NCBI GenBank assembly: GCA_964551995.1
Contig: CAZKFD010000011.1
Span: forward strand, 109,036 to 173,035
Direction of reading: 5' to 3'
From: an uncultured Eubacteriales bacterium
GTDB taxonomy: Bacteria > Acidobacteriota > Aminicenantia > Aminicenantales > Saccharicenantaceae
Length of the DNA stretch: 64,000 bases
Shown piece after piece: positions 8,428-18,552 of this stretch (positions are counted from its first letter, which is position 1; each line of letters starts with the position of its first letter). The notes beneath the pieces are model-generated. The model worked only from the letters and a program-made list of their open reading frames with translations. It was not told the DNA's origin and searched no databases. Made by a program: the position numbers and the translations under genes.

Positions 8428-9638
8428 TCCGTCCCGCCGCGGGCGCCGACGAGGGCGCGGATCCTTTCGAGCGGCAGGGCCCCGGCCCTGTGGCCGTCCT
8501 TTCCCTCCATGGGGCCGGACTTGAAGAGGGAATCGAGGATGGCCTCTTCGGCGGCTTCGACCGCCGCCTGGAACAGGGGAGACATGTTTTCGTCGCTGAG
8601 CAAAGTGACGGTCCGCGTCGGCTCTTGGGAGCGCTGCGGAATACGGAGGCCCGGGGCGGTGGAAAAGGCGATGGCATAATCGCCGCTGCCGTTGGCGAAG
8701 TATCCACCCGTTCGGCCGATGCCGAGGAGGGCCCGTTTGGCCAGACGCCCGAGGTTCCGCGCGTCGAGGGGGGCGTCCGTGGCCACGATGATCATGCAGG
8801 AACCCCCTTCGGCTTCCTCGGGGCCGAGGGCGCCGTGCCTCGGCGTCGGCAGCGGACCGCCACCCTCTTCGCCGAGTATCCGGCCGGCGGGCAGACCGTC
8901 GATCGTCAGGACGCCCCCGAAGTTTGTCTGGACGAGGAGGCCGACCGTGTAACCGCCCCGGGCGGCCGTCAGCCGCCGCGAAGCGGTTCCGATGCCCCCC
9001 TTGAAACCGAGGCAGGTCGTTCCCGTGCCCGCGCCGACGGAGCCTTCGGCCACGGGTCCTCCGGAGGCGCCGCGGATGGCCTCGAGGACGTCGGCCTTCG
9101 TGACGTGCCGCCCCCGGATGTTGTTGAGCCAGCCGTCGTTGGTCTCCCCGACGACGGGGTTGACCGAGGTGACGTGCTCGTTCCCCGGGCGGGCGAGGGC
9201 GTCATCGATCAGCGCCTCCGCCGCCGTCGGCACGCTCAAGGTGTTGGTCAAGATGATCGGCGTTTCGAGCGTCCCCAATTCCTCCACCTGCGTGAATCCC
9301 GTCAGCTTGCCGTAGCCGTTGCCGACCGACACGCCCGCGGGGACTTTCTCCTGGAAGATATTCTCCCCGTGGGGGACGACGGCCGTGACGCCCGTCCGGA
9401 CATCGGCCCCTTTGATCAGGGTGACGTGACCGACTTTGACGCCTGCCACGTCCGTGATTGCGTTGAGGGGGCCCGGGTCCAGGACCCCGATCCGGATGCC
9501 GAACTCCCGGACCCGCGGCCGTTCCGCGGCCGGCGGGCTTCCTGCCGTCCTTCCGGAATCGATGATCCCGAGGGCGAGGGGAAGAACGCTGAGTAGCAGC
9601 CACATCGGAATTGTCCTCCGCTCGAAGATCGCTGCCAT
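8424..9638 (-). CDS. dmpA: Peptidase S58 DmpA-family (L-aminopeptidase/D-Ala-esterase) with signal peptide
   Basis: Signal-like MAAIFERRTIPMWLLLSVLPLALG. GVKVGHVT and a GxGTG-like loop fit the DmpA/OAT Ntn-hydrolase fold. An alternative start lies at 9605. There is a 4-nt overlap with the racemase gene. Confidence 0.75.
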   Translation of the reverse strand: MAAIFERRTIPMWLLLSVLPLALGIIDSGRTAGSPPAAERPRVREFGIRIGVLDPGPLNAITDVAGVKVGHVTLIKGADVRTGVTAVVPHGENIFQEKVPAGVSVGNGYGKLTGFTQVEELGTLETPIILTNTLSVPTAAEALIDDALARPGNEHVTSVNPVVGETNDGWLNNIRGRHVTKADVLEAIRGASGGPVAEGSVGAGTGTTCLGFKGGIGTASRRLTAARGGYTVGLLVQTNFGGVLTIDGLPAGRILGEEGGGPLPTPRHGALGPEEAEGGSCMIIVATDAPLDARNLGRLAKRALLGIGRTGGYFANGSGDYAIAFSTAPGLRIPQRSQEPTRTVTLLSDENMSPLFQAAVEAAEEAILDSLFKSGPMEGKDGHRAGALPLERIRALVGARGGTE

Positions 9639-9736
9639 TTTCCCTTCAATATACGTCTTTCGGCCGCTCGGGAGCAAGAGCGCGGCGGGCAGGGGCTGCT
9701 TTTTTCCGGCCTGGTTTTCTGGTATTAACTAAGCTC

Positions 9737-10486
9737 ATGGCGGAGATGACGGACGCATATCTTAAGGCGCCTCTCCTCGAGAGAATCGCCGGGCTCGTCC
9801 ACGGATTCGGCACCGGCCGTTGGACAGAGGGGGATTTCGCCCGGACTGAGGCCTTCGCTAGTTTCCGCCCTGTAATCATGCGGCAGCTGCACTCGGACGT
9901 CGTCCACCGTGTGGACGCGCCTCCGGAGGCGCGGCTGAGCGGCGACGCGCTGATCACGGCAACCCCCGGGCTCCTCCTTGTCATCCGGACGGCGGACTGC
10001 CTGCCCGTCCTTCTCGCGGACGGTCGGCACCGCGCCGTTGCCGCCGTCCATTGCGGTTGGCGGGGCACGCGGGCCAGGGTCCTGGAGCGCGCCGTCCGGG
10101 AGATGGGGACAGCCTACGGCACGGAGCCCGGCAGCTTGCTCGCGGCCTTCGGCCCGTGCATCGGCTCGGACTGTTACGAAGTCGGGCCGGAGGTCCGCGA
10201 AGCCTTCGCCTCGGCTGGCTTTCCGGGGGCCGTCCTGATGCCCGTTCCGGCCCGCCCCGGGAAGTCGCTCCTCGATCTGAGGGCCGCCAATTCCTGGCTG
10301 CTCGAGACGCTCGGCGTGAAAAAGGCCAATGTCTGGACCGCGCCGGCCTGCACGCACTGCGACCCGGACCTTTTCTCCTGCCGCCGGAACCGGGGCGAGC
10401 AACGCCGCCTCTACAACTTCATCGGCCTCCGCCCCGCTGACACTAAACCCGTCATCAGCTGCCTGAAAAGGGACAGCCGCCCATGA
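9737..10486 (+). CDS. pgeF: Peptidoglycan editing factor PgeF / YfiH-family (laccase-domain purine nucleoside phosphorylase)
   Basis: DALITATPGLLLVIRTADCLPVLLAD, AVHCGWRGT and CTHCDPDLFSCRRN show the conserved His/Cys residues of the YfiH/DUF152 family. The start is taken at the internal ATG MAEMTDAY. Confidence 0.8.
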   Translation: MAEMTDAYLKAPLLERIAGLVHGFGTGRWTEGDFARTEAFASFRPVIMRQLHSDVVHRVDAPPEARLSGDALITATPGLLLVIRTADCLPVLLADGRHRAVAAVHCGWRGTRARVLERAVREMGTAYGTEPGSLLAAFGPCIGSDCYEVGPEVREAFASAGFPGAVLMPVPARPGKSLLDLRAANSWLLETLGVKKANVWTAPACTHCDPDLFSCRRNRGEQRRLYNFIGLRPADTKPVISCLKRDSRP

Positions 10487-10825
10487 GGGGGCCGATCCCT
10501 GCTCGTTTTCACAGGGGGTTGGCCCAGCGAATTAGGGCCGGACGGCTGAAGCATCATAAGATCAATGCGCAGGGGGTGTTCCCGGAGGAGGGCGTGTGGA
10601 GTGCCGGGCGGGCATGGACCCTCACCCCTTGGGCGAGGGGAGCAAGGCACGGAACCGAAGCGGGTTTGGCTCGCCGGGACAAACCCGCGACCCGACGGAG
10701 GGAACCCCCCGAGCTCAACCTCATATGCGGAAGCCGGACGAAATTCGGCCGGGTCCGCCCCGCGGGCCGGTCTGTTGCAATTTCGGGGTGATTTCGCTAT
10801 CCTTAGCAGGTCACAGGAGAAGATC

Positions 10826-11719
10826 ATGGAACGGACAATCGGCGATATCGACCTTCCGGGGATTCGTCTCTATAAGAAGGGAAAGGTCCGGAATGTCTTC
10901 GAGATCGAAGACAAGCTCCTCATCGTCGCGACGGACAGGATCTCAGCGTTCGACTGGATCCTCCCCTCGCTCATCCCCTACAAAGGGAAAGTCCTGACAC
11001 AGTTGTCCCGGTTCTGGTTCGATTTCGTCGCCCTGGCCTGTCCCAACCACATGGTGGCCACCGAGGTGGACAAGTTTCCCGCCGCCCTCCGAAGGTTCAG
11101 TGACATCCTCTACAAGCGGTCCATGCTCGTGCGCAAGACGCAAGTCATCCCCGTCGAGTGCGTCGTCCGCGGATATCTGTCGGGGTCGGGCTGGAAAGAA
11201 TACCGGAAGACGGGCAAGATCTCGGGCGTCAAGATCCCCAAGGGGCTCGCGGAATCAGACCGGCTCGAGGAACCGATCTTCACCCCCTCGACCAAGGCGG
11301 AGCAGGGGCACGACGAGAATATTTCCATGAAAGACGTCCAGAAGATCGTCGGGGCCGACCTCGCCAACAAGATCCGCAAGGTCAGCCTGGAACTCTATCA
11401 GAAGGCCTCGCTGTTCGCCCTGTCCAAGGGGATCATCATCGCCGACACGAAATTCGAGTTCGGCCTCATCGACGAGGACCTCGTTCTCATTGACGAGATC
11501 TTCACGCCCGATTCATCCCGGTTCTGGCCCAAGGCCACTTACAAGGCCGGGCAGTCCCAGCCCAGCCTGGACAAGCAGTTCGTCAGGGACTACCTGGAAA
11601 CCACCAACTGGGACAAAAACTCGCCTCCCCCTCTCCTTCCCAGAGAGATTGTCGCCCGGACGTCGGAGAAGTACCTGGAAATCTACCGCCTTCTCGCCGG
11701 CCGCGATGACCTCGCATGA
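10826..11719 (+). CDS. purC: Phosphoribosylaminoimidazole-succinocarboxamide synthase (SAICAR synthetase)
   Basis: RLYKKGKVRNVFE, LIVATDRISAFD and GIIIADTKFEFG. The RBS aggaga lies 5 nt upstream of the ATG. Confidence 0.9.
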   Translation: MERTIGDIDLPGIRLYKKGKVRNVFEIEDKLLIVATDRISAFDWILPSLIPYKGKVLTQLSRFWFDFVALACPNHMVATEVDKFPAALRRFSDILYKRSMLVRKTQVIPVECVVRGYLSGSGWKEYRKTGKISGVKIPKGLAESDRLEEPIFTPSTKAEQGHDENISMKDVQKIVGADLANKIRKVSLELYQKASLFALSKGIIIADTKFEFGLIDEDLVLIDEIFTPDSSRFWPKATYKAGQSQPSLDKQFVRDYLETTNWDKNSPPPLLPREIVARTSEKYLEIYRLLAGRDDLA

Positions 11720-12606
11720 GCGAACTGGTCGACCTCCACGTCCACTCGAACAAGAGCTGCGATGGCGATTTCTCGCCGGCCCAGTTGGTTGGATTCGCCA
11801 GGGAGAAGAGGTTTCGGGCCATCTCCATCGCCGACCATGACACCGTGGCGGCTTATCCCGAGGCGGTCGACCTGGGCTGCGAGGCGGGGGTCGAGGTCAT
11901 CCCCAGCATCGAAGTGACAACCCTTTACCGGGGTCGCGAGTTCCATCTGTTGCTTCCGTTCGTGGACTGGAGCGACCCGTCCGTTGGAACGATCATCGAG
12001 ATCCAAGGCCGGTGCCGGACCGAGGAGGCGATGGAGCGGGTCGAGAAGGTCCGCCGGTTCGGCTTCTCCATCACCTGGGAGGAGGTTCGGAAAAAGGCCA
12101 ACGGGGTCCCTCCCCTGGGCGTCAAGATCGCCCAGATTCTCCTGGACAATCCGGAAAACGAGAAGAACCCGGTCCTGGAGTACTTCTACCGCGAGGAAAA
12201 CCGGCCGTTCGCGCCCTATATGTTCTACAAGGAGTTCTTCACCGAGGGCCAGCACGCGTTTGTCCCCAAGAAGTTCATCGGCCTTCCCGACGTCCTGGAC
12301 GGGGCGGCGTCGAGCGGCGGAGTCCCGGTCCTGTCCCATCCGGGGGCCTACTTCCAGAAGACGACCCGCGACGATCTCAAGGACCTCAAAGAGCGCGGCC
12401 TGGCCGGGCTCGAGGTCTATACGAGCTATCACACGGTTGAACAGACGGCGTTCTACCGGGCTGCGGCCGAAGACCTCGACCTCGTGCCGACGGCCGGCTC
12501 GGATTTCCACGGCCGGATCAAGCCCCACGTCGCCTTCGGGGAGCTGCGGGACGGCCGGTACTGGATGGTCGAGAGGTTGAAGGATCGGAGGAGGGGAAGG
12601 GCATGA
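11716..12606 (+). CDS. PHP-domain metal-dependent phosphoesterase
   Basis: VDLHVHSNKSCDG, ISIADHDT and AGSDFHG are PHP motifs. ATGA overlap with the purC stop. Confidence 0.75.
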   Translation: MSELVDLHVHSNKSCDGDFSPAQLVGFAREKRFRAISIADHDTVAAYPEAVDLGCEAGVEVIPSIEVTTLYRGREFHLLLPFVDWSDPSVGTIIEIQGRCRTEEAMERVEKVRRFGFSITWEEVRKKANGVPPLGVKIAQILLDNPENEKNPVLEYFYREENRPFAPYMFYKEFFTEGQHAFVPKKFIGLPDVLDGAASSGGVPVLSHPGAYFQKTTRDDLKDLKERGLAGLEVYTSYHTVEQTAFYRAAAEDLDLVPTAGSDFHGRIKPHVAFGELRDGRYWMVERLKDRRRGRA

Positions 12607-13133
12607 ACTGGCTCGACGTCGTTTTTCTCGCCATCTTGGTGGCGGCGATGATCATGGGGCTCGTGAAGGGGCTGGTCCGGCAGGTCATCGGACTCGCGGC
12701 CGTCGTCCTGGGCCTCGTCCTGGCGGCCCTCTACTACGGAGGGGTCTCCGAGATCATCGGCAAAGTGGTGCACAACCACCTGCTCAGCAATTTCCTGGGC
12801 TTTCTCGTCATCTTTTTCTGCGTTCTGGCCGCCGGCGCGTTCCTTGGCTTCCTTATCTCCAAGGCCATGAAAGGCCCCCTGGCCGCTGTCAACCGGCTGT
12901 TCGGCGGGCTGTTCGGGCTCCTCAAGGCCGTCCTCATCTGCGGCATCCTGGCCTTCGCGTTGACCGTGTTCGACGTCGCCCGGCCGGCGCTGCAGGCGTC
13001 CCGTCTGGCGCGTTTCTGTCTCGGTGTGACGCGAGCCGCGGTCCACCTCATCCCGCAGGACCTCAAGGACAAATTCGACCAGTCCTACAGGGATATTCGC
13101 CGGAGCGGGGGGAAAGATGGAGAGAAGATTTAG
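12603..13133 (+). CDS. cvpA: CvpA-family membrane protein
   Basis: 176 aa with four hydrophobic helices. The N-terminus MNWLDVVFLAILVA is typical of CvpA. ATGA overlap with the upstream gene. Confidence 0.65.
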   Translation: MNWLDVVFLAILVAAMIMGLVKGLVRQVIGLAAVVLGLVLAALYYGGVSEIIGKVVHNHLLSNFLGFLVIFFCVLAAGAFLGFLISKAMKGPLAAVNRLFGGLFGLLKAVLICGILAFALTVFDVARPALQASRLARFCLGVTRAAVHLIPQDLKDKFDQSYRDIRRSGGKDGEKI

Positions 13134-13353
13134 CGACCTCAATATTCACCAGAAGCTGGAGCTCGTCATCAAGGAGATGGTTGAGAAGGAGCTAAGCCTC
13201 AAGGACGTCCTCAGGGAATTCGAGAAGATCTTTTTCGAGCAGACGGCCAGGAAATACGAGGGCAACAGGACCAAAATGGCCAAGGCCCTTGGGATCCACC
13301 GCAATACCCTGCAGAACAAAGCCAAGGCCTTGAAAATTAAAAAGAAATATTAG
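13117..13353 (+). CDS. Small Fis-family HTH DNA-binding protein
   Basis: 78 aa. The C-terminal YEGNRTKMAKALGIHRNTLQNKAKALKI is an NtrC/Fis-type helix-turn-helix. Overlaps the cvpA 3' end. Confidence 0.6.
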   Translation: MERRFSDLNIHQKLELVIKEMVEKELSLKDVLREFEKIFFEQTARKYEGNRTKMAKALGIHRNTLQNKAKALKIKKKY

Positions 13354-13376
13354 CAATCTAAGTCTTAGATTGCTAA
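13350..13376 (+). promoter_or_regulatory. CIRCE-like element 1 (TTAGCAATC-N9-GATTGCTAA), perfect inverted repeat; also acts as a hairpin terminator
   Basis: 9-N9-9 architecture matches the CIRCE consensus TTAGCACTC-N9-GAGTGCTAA. It overlaps the TAG stop of the Fis-like gene and is followed by a TTTTAGTGATTTTT T-rich tract. Confidence 0.6.
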
Positions 13377-13394
13377 TTTTAGTGATTTTTCCCA

Positions 13395-13423
13395 TTGACA
13401 AATCCCCTGTTTATTATATATTA
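13395..13423 (+). promoter_or_regulatory. Sigma70-type promoter for groESL (-35 TTGACA, -10 approximately TATATT)
   Basis: TTGACA at 13395..13400 with an AT-rich -10 16-17 nt downstream. This sits immediately upstream of CIRCE 2. Confidence 0.5.
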
Positions 13424-13450
13424 TTAGCACTCTGTTTTTCTGATTGCTAA
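13424..13450 (+). promoter_or_regulatory. CIRCE element 2 (TTAGCACTC-N9-GATTGCTAA), HrcA operator
   Basis: The left arm is identical to the CIRCE consensus and the right arm has one mismatch. It lies between the -10 and the groES RBS aggagg. Confidence 0.7.
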
Positions 13451-13468
13451 ATCAATAAGGAGGTTTAT

Positions 13469-13759
13469 ATGAAGGTTCATCCGTTGCATGACAGAGTGCT
13501 CCTCAAGAGACTTGAGGAACAGGAGGTCAAGAGGGGCGGGATCATCATCCCGGACACGGCGAAGGAAAAACCCCAGGAAGCCGAGGTCATTGAAGTCGGC
13601 AAGGGCCGGGTCAATGACGACGGCAAGACGATCCCTCTCGTCGTCAAGAAAGGGGATCGGGTTCTCATCGGCAAATACAGCGGCACGGAAGTCACGGTCG
13701 ACGGGGACGAGCTTGTCATCATCCGCGAGGAAGAGATCCTGGCGGTTATCGAGAAGTAA
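13469..13759 (+). CDS. groES: Co-chaperonin GroES
   Basis: 96 aa. [41 protein letters not shown] is canonical. Confidence 0.95.
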   Translation: MKVHPLHDRVLLKRLEEQEVKRGGIIIPDTAKEKPQEAEVIEVGKGRVNDDGKTIPLVVKKGDRVLIGKYSGTEVTVDGDELVIIREEEILAVIEK

Positions 13760-15385
<1,626 letters not shown>

Positions 15386-15410
15386 TCAGCTTCACGACGA
15401 ACGGAAGTGA

Positions 15411-15443
15411 GCCCCGGGCGGTCTCCCCGCCCGGGGCTTTTTT
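15411..15443 (+). terminator. Rho-independent terminator after groEL
   Basis: 11-bp perfect stem GCCCCGGGCGG / CCGCCCGGGGC with loop TCTCC, followed by TTTTTT. Confidence 0.7.
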
Positions 15444-15644
15444 ATGGGGCCAGGTCTTCATCCTGCCTCTTTTTCCAGGGGGCCGCTCTCCGGGCATGAA
15501 TGGCGAGGGGCAATCCGGCCATTTTTCTTCGGTCAGGGGGCCGGCCGCCGGTTGCTCGTTTCTCCTATGAAGAGCATCAGAATGAAGATTTGACCCCTTC
15601 TCATCCGTGGTCATATCGAATAATATGAAGGGCAGGCCCGGGCC

Positions 15645-18011
15645 ATGCGGAAGCTCTTCGACCGGTATGTCCTCAAAGAGGTCTTTCCCCCCTTCCTGAT
15701 CGGCCTCCTCGTCACGGCCTTCGTGCTGCTCATGAACGAAATCCTCGTCCTGGCCGATCTCTTCATCGATAAGGGGGTCTCGGCGGGTGTGGCGGGGAAG
15801 ATTCTGCTCCTCCTCGTTCCCTCCCTGCTGGCCTTCGCCGTCCCCATGGCCGTCCTGACGGGGGTCTTGGGGGGCCTGGCCCGGCTCTCTGCGGATTCCG
15901 AGATCATTGCCTTTCGGACCCTCGGGATCGGCTCGTCGAGGCTTCTCAGGCCCCTGTTCGTCTTCGGCCTGTTCGGCTGGCTCGTCACGTCGGCCCTAGC
16001 CATGTTCATCGCCCCCCGGGCCAATTACCGCTGGCTCCAGACGATGACGAGCTCCGTGCTGGCCAAGTCGGAGCTCCGGGTCAATCCGCTCGAATTCAAC
16101 GAGTCCCTTCCGAACGTCGTCCTGTTCGTCCGCGGGGTCGAGAGTGACAAGACCTGGCGGGACGTCTTTGCCTATCTGAACAAGGACCCGTCGAGCCCGC
16201 GGGTCGTCATGGCCCGGGCGGGTCGGATTCATTTCTTCCCCGAGACGAAAAGGGCGACGCTGGAGCTCGCCGACGGCGTCCTTCACTCCGGCTCCCTCTC
16301 CGAGCCCGAAAAATACAGCGTCACCTCGTTTGCGCGCTTCGAGGAGGACATCGACGTCGAAAACCTGTTCCCCAGCGTGGCGAGCGAAAAGAGGGTCCGG
16401 GAAAAAGACATCGGGGAGCTCCTCCGTGACGCCCGGACGCTCGCGGGCGAGCTACGGGACGCGGCACGGCGGAGCCGGGAGCATCCGGGCGACGGACAAG
16501 CCGCGGTGCTCCTAGCCCGCGATCAGAGGGAATGCCGGGCGCACGGGATCGAGATCCACAAGAAGTTCGCCCTGCCGCTGGCCTGCCTCGTCTTCGTTCT
16601 CCTCGGGCTGCCCCTGGGCCTGATGACGGGACGCGGCGGCCGGACGAGCGGGCTGTTCCTCAGCCTCGGCATCATTCTCCTGTATTATGCGATGATCACG
16701 TTTGGCGAGAAGCTGGCCATGGACGGCAAGATCGCTCCGTTCGTGGGGATGTGGGGGCCCGACGGCGTGCTGGCCCTCGCGGGGCTCCTCCTGCTCCTCC
16801 GCTCCGACGTGACACCGGGGGTTCCCGTCGTCCTGCCGGGGCTCTTCCGGAAGGGCCCCAGGCCGGCCCTTGCGCCCCGGGCCGCGCGCCAGCGGGCCCG
16901 GACGGCTCCGCGGCTGCCCCTGCGTTTCCCCGACATCCTGGACCGCTATGTCTCCCGCAAGTACCTCGGCATCCTGGGGTTCGTCCTGGCCGGGCTGCTG
17001 AGCGCCTCTCTCATCATCACCTTTCTCGAACGGCTCGACACCCTTCACCGGCACAACAAGCCGATCGGACTCCTCCTCCGGTATGTCTGGTTCCGGATCC
17101 CCGATTTCCTCGCCTCGATCCTTCCCGTCGCCGCCTTGACGGGGGCGCTCCTCGCCCTGGGCCTCCTCGCGAAGACCAACGAGGTCACAGCCATGAAGAC
17201 CCTCGGGATCAGCGTCTACAGAATGGTCGTGCCGGTCCTTCTCCTGTCCGCCGTGGTCAGCGGCGCCGCCTTCCTTGTCGAGGAGCGCCTCGCGCCCATG
17301 GCCAACGCGCGGGCCCAAGACGCCTGGGACAGGATCAATGACCGGCCGGCCAGGAGCTACAGCTACCCCAACCGGCACTGGATGCTCAGCGCCCAGGGGG
17401 ACCGGATCTATCATTACGTTTATCTCGACTCCGCCTCCCTGTCCTTCAGCCGCCTGTCCGTGTTCGACATCGACACGCGGCGCTGGACCCTCGATCGGCG
17501 GATCTACGCGGATCGGGCGAGGCTCGGGGGGACCGTCCTGACCCTCCGCCATGGCTGGATCCGGGATTTCTCGGCGTCCGCGGCCGTGCCGTTCGCCCTC
17601 CGGGAGGAGTGGCAGCTCGCCGGCGCTGAGGGTCAGAGCGACTTTCTCCGGGAATGGAAGGAGCCCCAGCAAATGACTTACGGGGAGCTCCGCCGCTACG
17701 CCGCCGAGGTTCAGCGCATGGGATTCGAGGCCACGCGCCTCCGGGTCGACCTGCAGGGCAAGCTGGCTTTTCCACTCGCCAGCCTGATCATGACAATCCT
17801 GGCGATTCCGTTTTCGTTCTGGATGGGTCGGAAGGGAACGCTGGTCGGCATCGGTCTGAGCGTCCTTCTGGCCGTCGCTTACTGGGGCGCCTTCGCGGTC
17901 CTGCGGAGCCTGGGCTATGCGGGGGCCTTCCCTCCCGTCCTCGCCGCCTGGGGCGCGAACCTGGTATTCGGCCTCGCGGGTTTCCTGGGGATCCTGACGC
18001 TCAGGACCTGA
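15645..18011 (+). CDS. lptFG: Fused LPS export permease LptF-LptG (two tandem YjgP/YjgQ domains in one 788-aa ORF)
   Basis: The N half starts MRKLFDRYVLKEVFPPFLIGLL. The second half restarts with ILDRYVSRKYLGILGFVLAGLL. Each half has the six-TM plus periplasmic beta-jellyroll layout. There is no stop between the halves. Confidence 0.8.
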   Translation: MRKLFDRYVLKEVFPPFLIGLLVTAFVLLMNEILVLADLFIDKGVSAGVAGKILLLLVPSLLAFAVPMAVLTGVLGGLARLSADSEIIAFRTLGIGSSRLLRPLFVFGLFGWLVTSALAMFIAPRANYRWLQTMTSSVLAKSELRVNPLEFNESLPNVVLFVRGVESDKTWRDVFAYLNKDPSSPRVVMARAGRIHFFPETKRATLELADGVLHSGSLSEPEKYSVTSFARFEEDIDVENLFPSVASEKRVREKDIGELLRDARTLAGELRDAARRSREHPGDGQAAVLLARDQRECRAHGIEIHKKFALPLACLVFVLLGLPLGLMTGRGGRTSGLFLSLGIILLYYAMITFGEKLAMDGKIAPFVGMWGPDGVLALAGLLLLLRSDVTPGVPVVLPGLFRKGPRPALAPRAARQRARTAPRLPLRFPDILDRYVSRKYLGILGFVLAGLLSASLIITFLERLDTLHRHNKPIGLLLRYVWFRIPDFLASILPVAALTGALLALGLLAKTNEVTAMKTLGISVYRMVVPVLLLSAVVSGAAFLVEERLAPMANARAQDAWDRINDRPARSYSYPNRHWMLSAQGDRIYHYVYLDSASLSFSRLSVFDIDTRRWTLDRRIYADRARLGGTVLTLRHGWIRDFSASAAVPFALREEWQLAGAEGQSDFLREWKEPQQMTYGELRRYAAEVQRMGFEATRLRVDLQGKLAFPLASLIMTILAIPFSFWMGRKGTLVGIGLSVLLAVAYWGAFAVLRSLGYAGAFPPVLAAWGANLVFGLAGFLGILTLRT

Positions 18012-18497
18012 TCACATCTTGTACTTGCCGAAATCTTCGGGGCTGAGGTCCTCGAGCCATTTCCTGAGGTTCTCGGACGCGTCCAGGTTGTCCTCAAATT
18101 TCAGGCTGTGGGCCTTGCGAACGACGTCGTCCTCCACGAAGATCGGCGAGCTCATGCGCAGGGCGAGAGCGATCGCGTCGGAGGGCCGGGAATCGATGAC
18201 GATGAGCCGCTCGTCCTGGCGGCAGTGGATGAGCGCGTAAAACGTGTTGTTCCGGACGTCGTTGACGACGATCTTTTCGATGGCGATCCCGAGCTTCTCC
18301 AGGAAGTTCTTCAGGAGGTCGTGGGTCATGGGCCGCGGGGTGGGCACGTTTTCGATCGTCAGGGCGATGGCGTTGGCCTCGAAGACCCCGATCCAGATCG
18401 GCAGAATCTGCTCCTTGACGGGATCCTCGAGGACGACGATCGGCATCTTGGAAATCGGATCGACGACGAGACCCTTGACCTTCATCTCGATTTCCAT
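18012..18497 (-). CDS. DUF151 / bifunctional nuclease (BFN) domain protein
   Basis: 161 aa from MEIEMKVKG. PIVVLED...QILPIWIG...EANAI and RPMTHDL fit the BFN-domain pattern. The upstream part of the tool ORF is low-complexity and was trimmed. Confidence 0.7.
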   Translation of the reverse strand: MEIEMKVKGLVVDPISKMPIVVLEDPVKEQILPIWIGVFEANAIALTIENVPTPRPMTHDLLKNFLEKLGIAIEKIVVNDVRNNTFYALIHCRQDERLIVIDSRPSDAIALALRMSSPIFVEDDVVRKAHSLKFEDNLDASENLRKWLEDLSPEDFGKYKM

Positions 18498-18552
18498 CGC
18501 CGCTCTTTTCTCTTCTAATATAGGGGGGCGGGGGGGCGTTGTCAAGGAAGGG

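Noticed and set aside
18498-18552. G-rich tract GGGGGGCGGGGGGGCG between the EndoQ and DUF151 genes as a G-quadruplex.
   Set aside because: Only two G-runs, which is insufficient for an intramolecular G4. It is more likely just GC-rich spacer or part of the RBS region.
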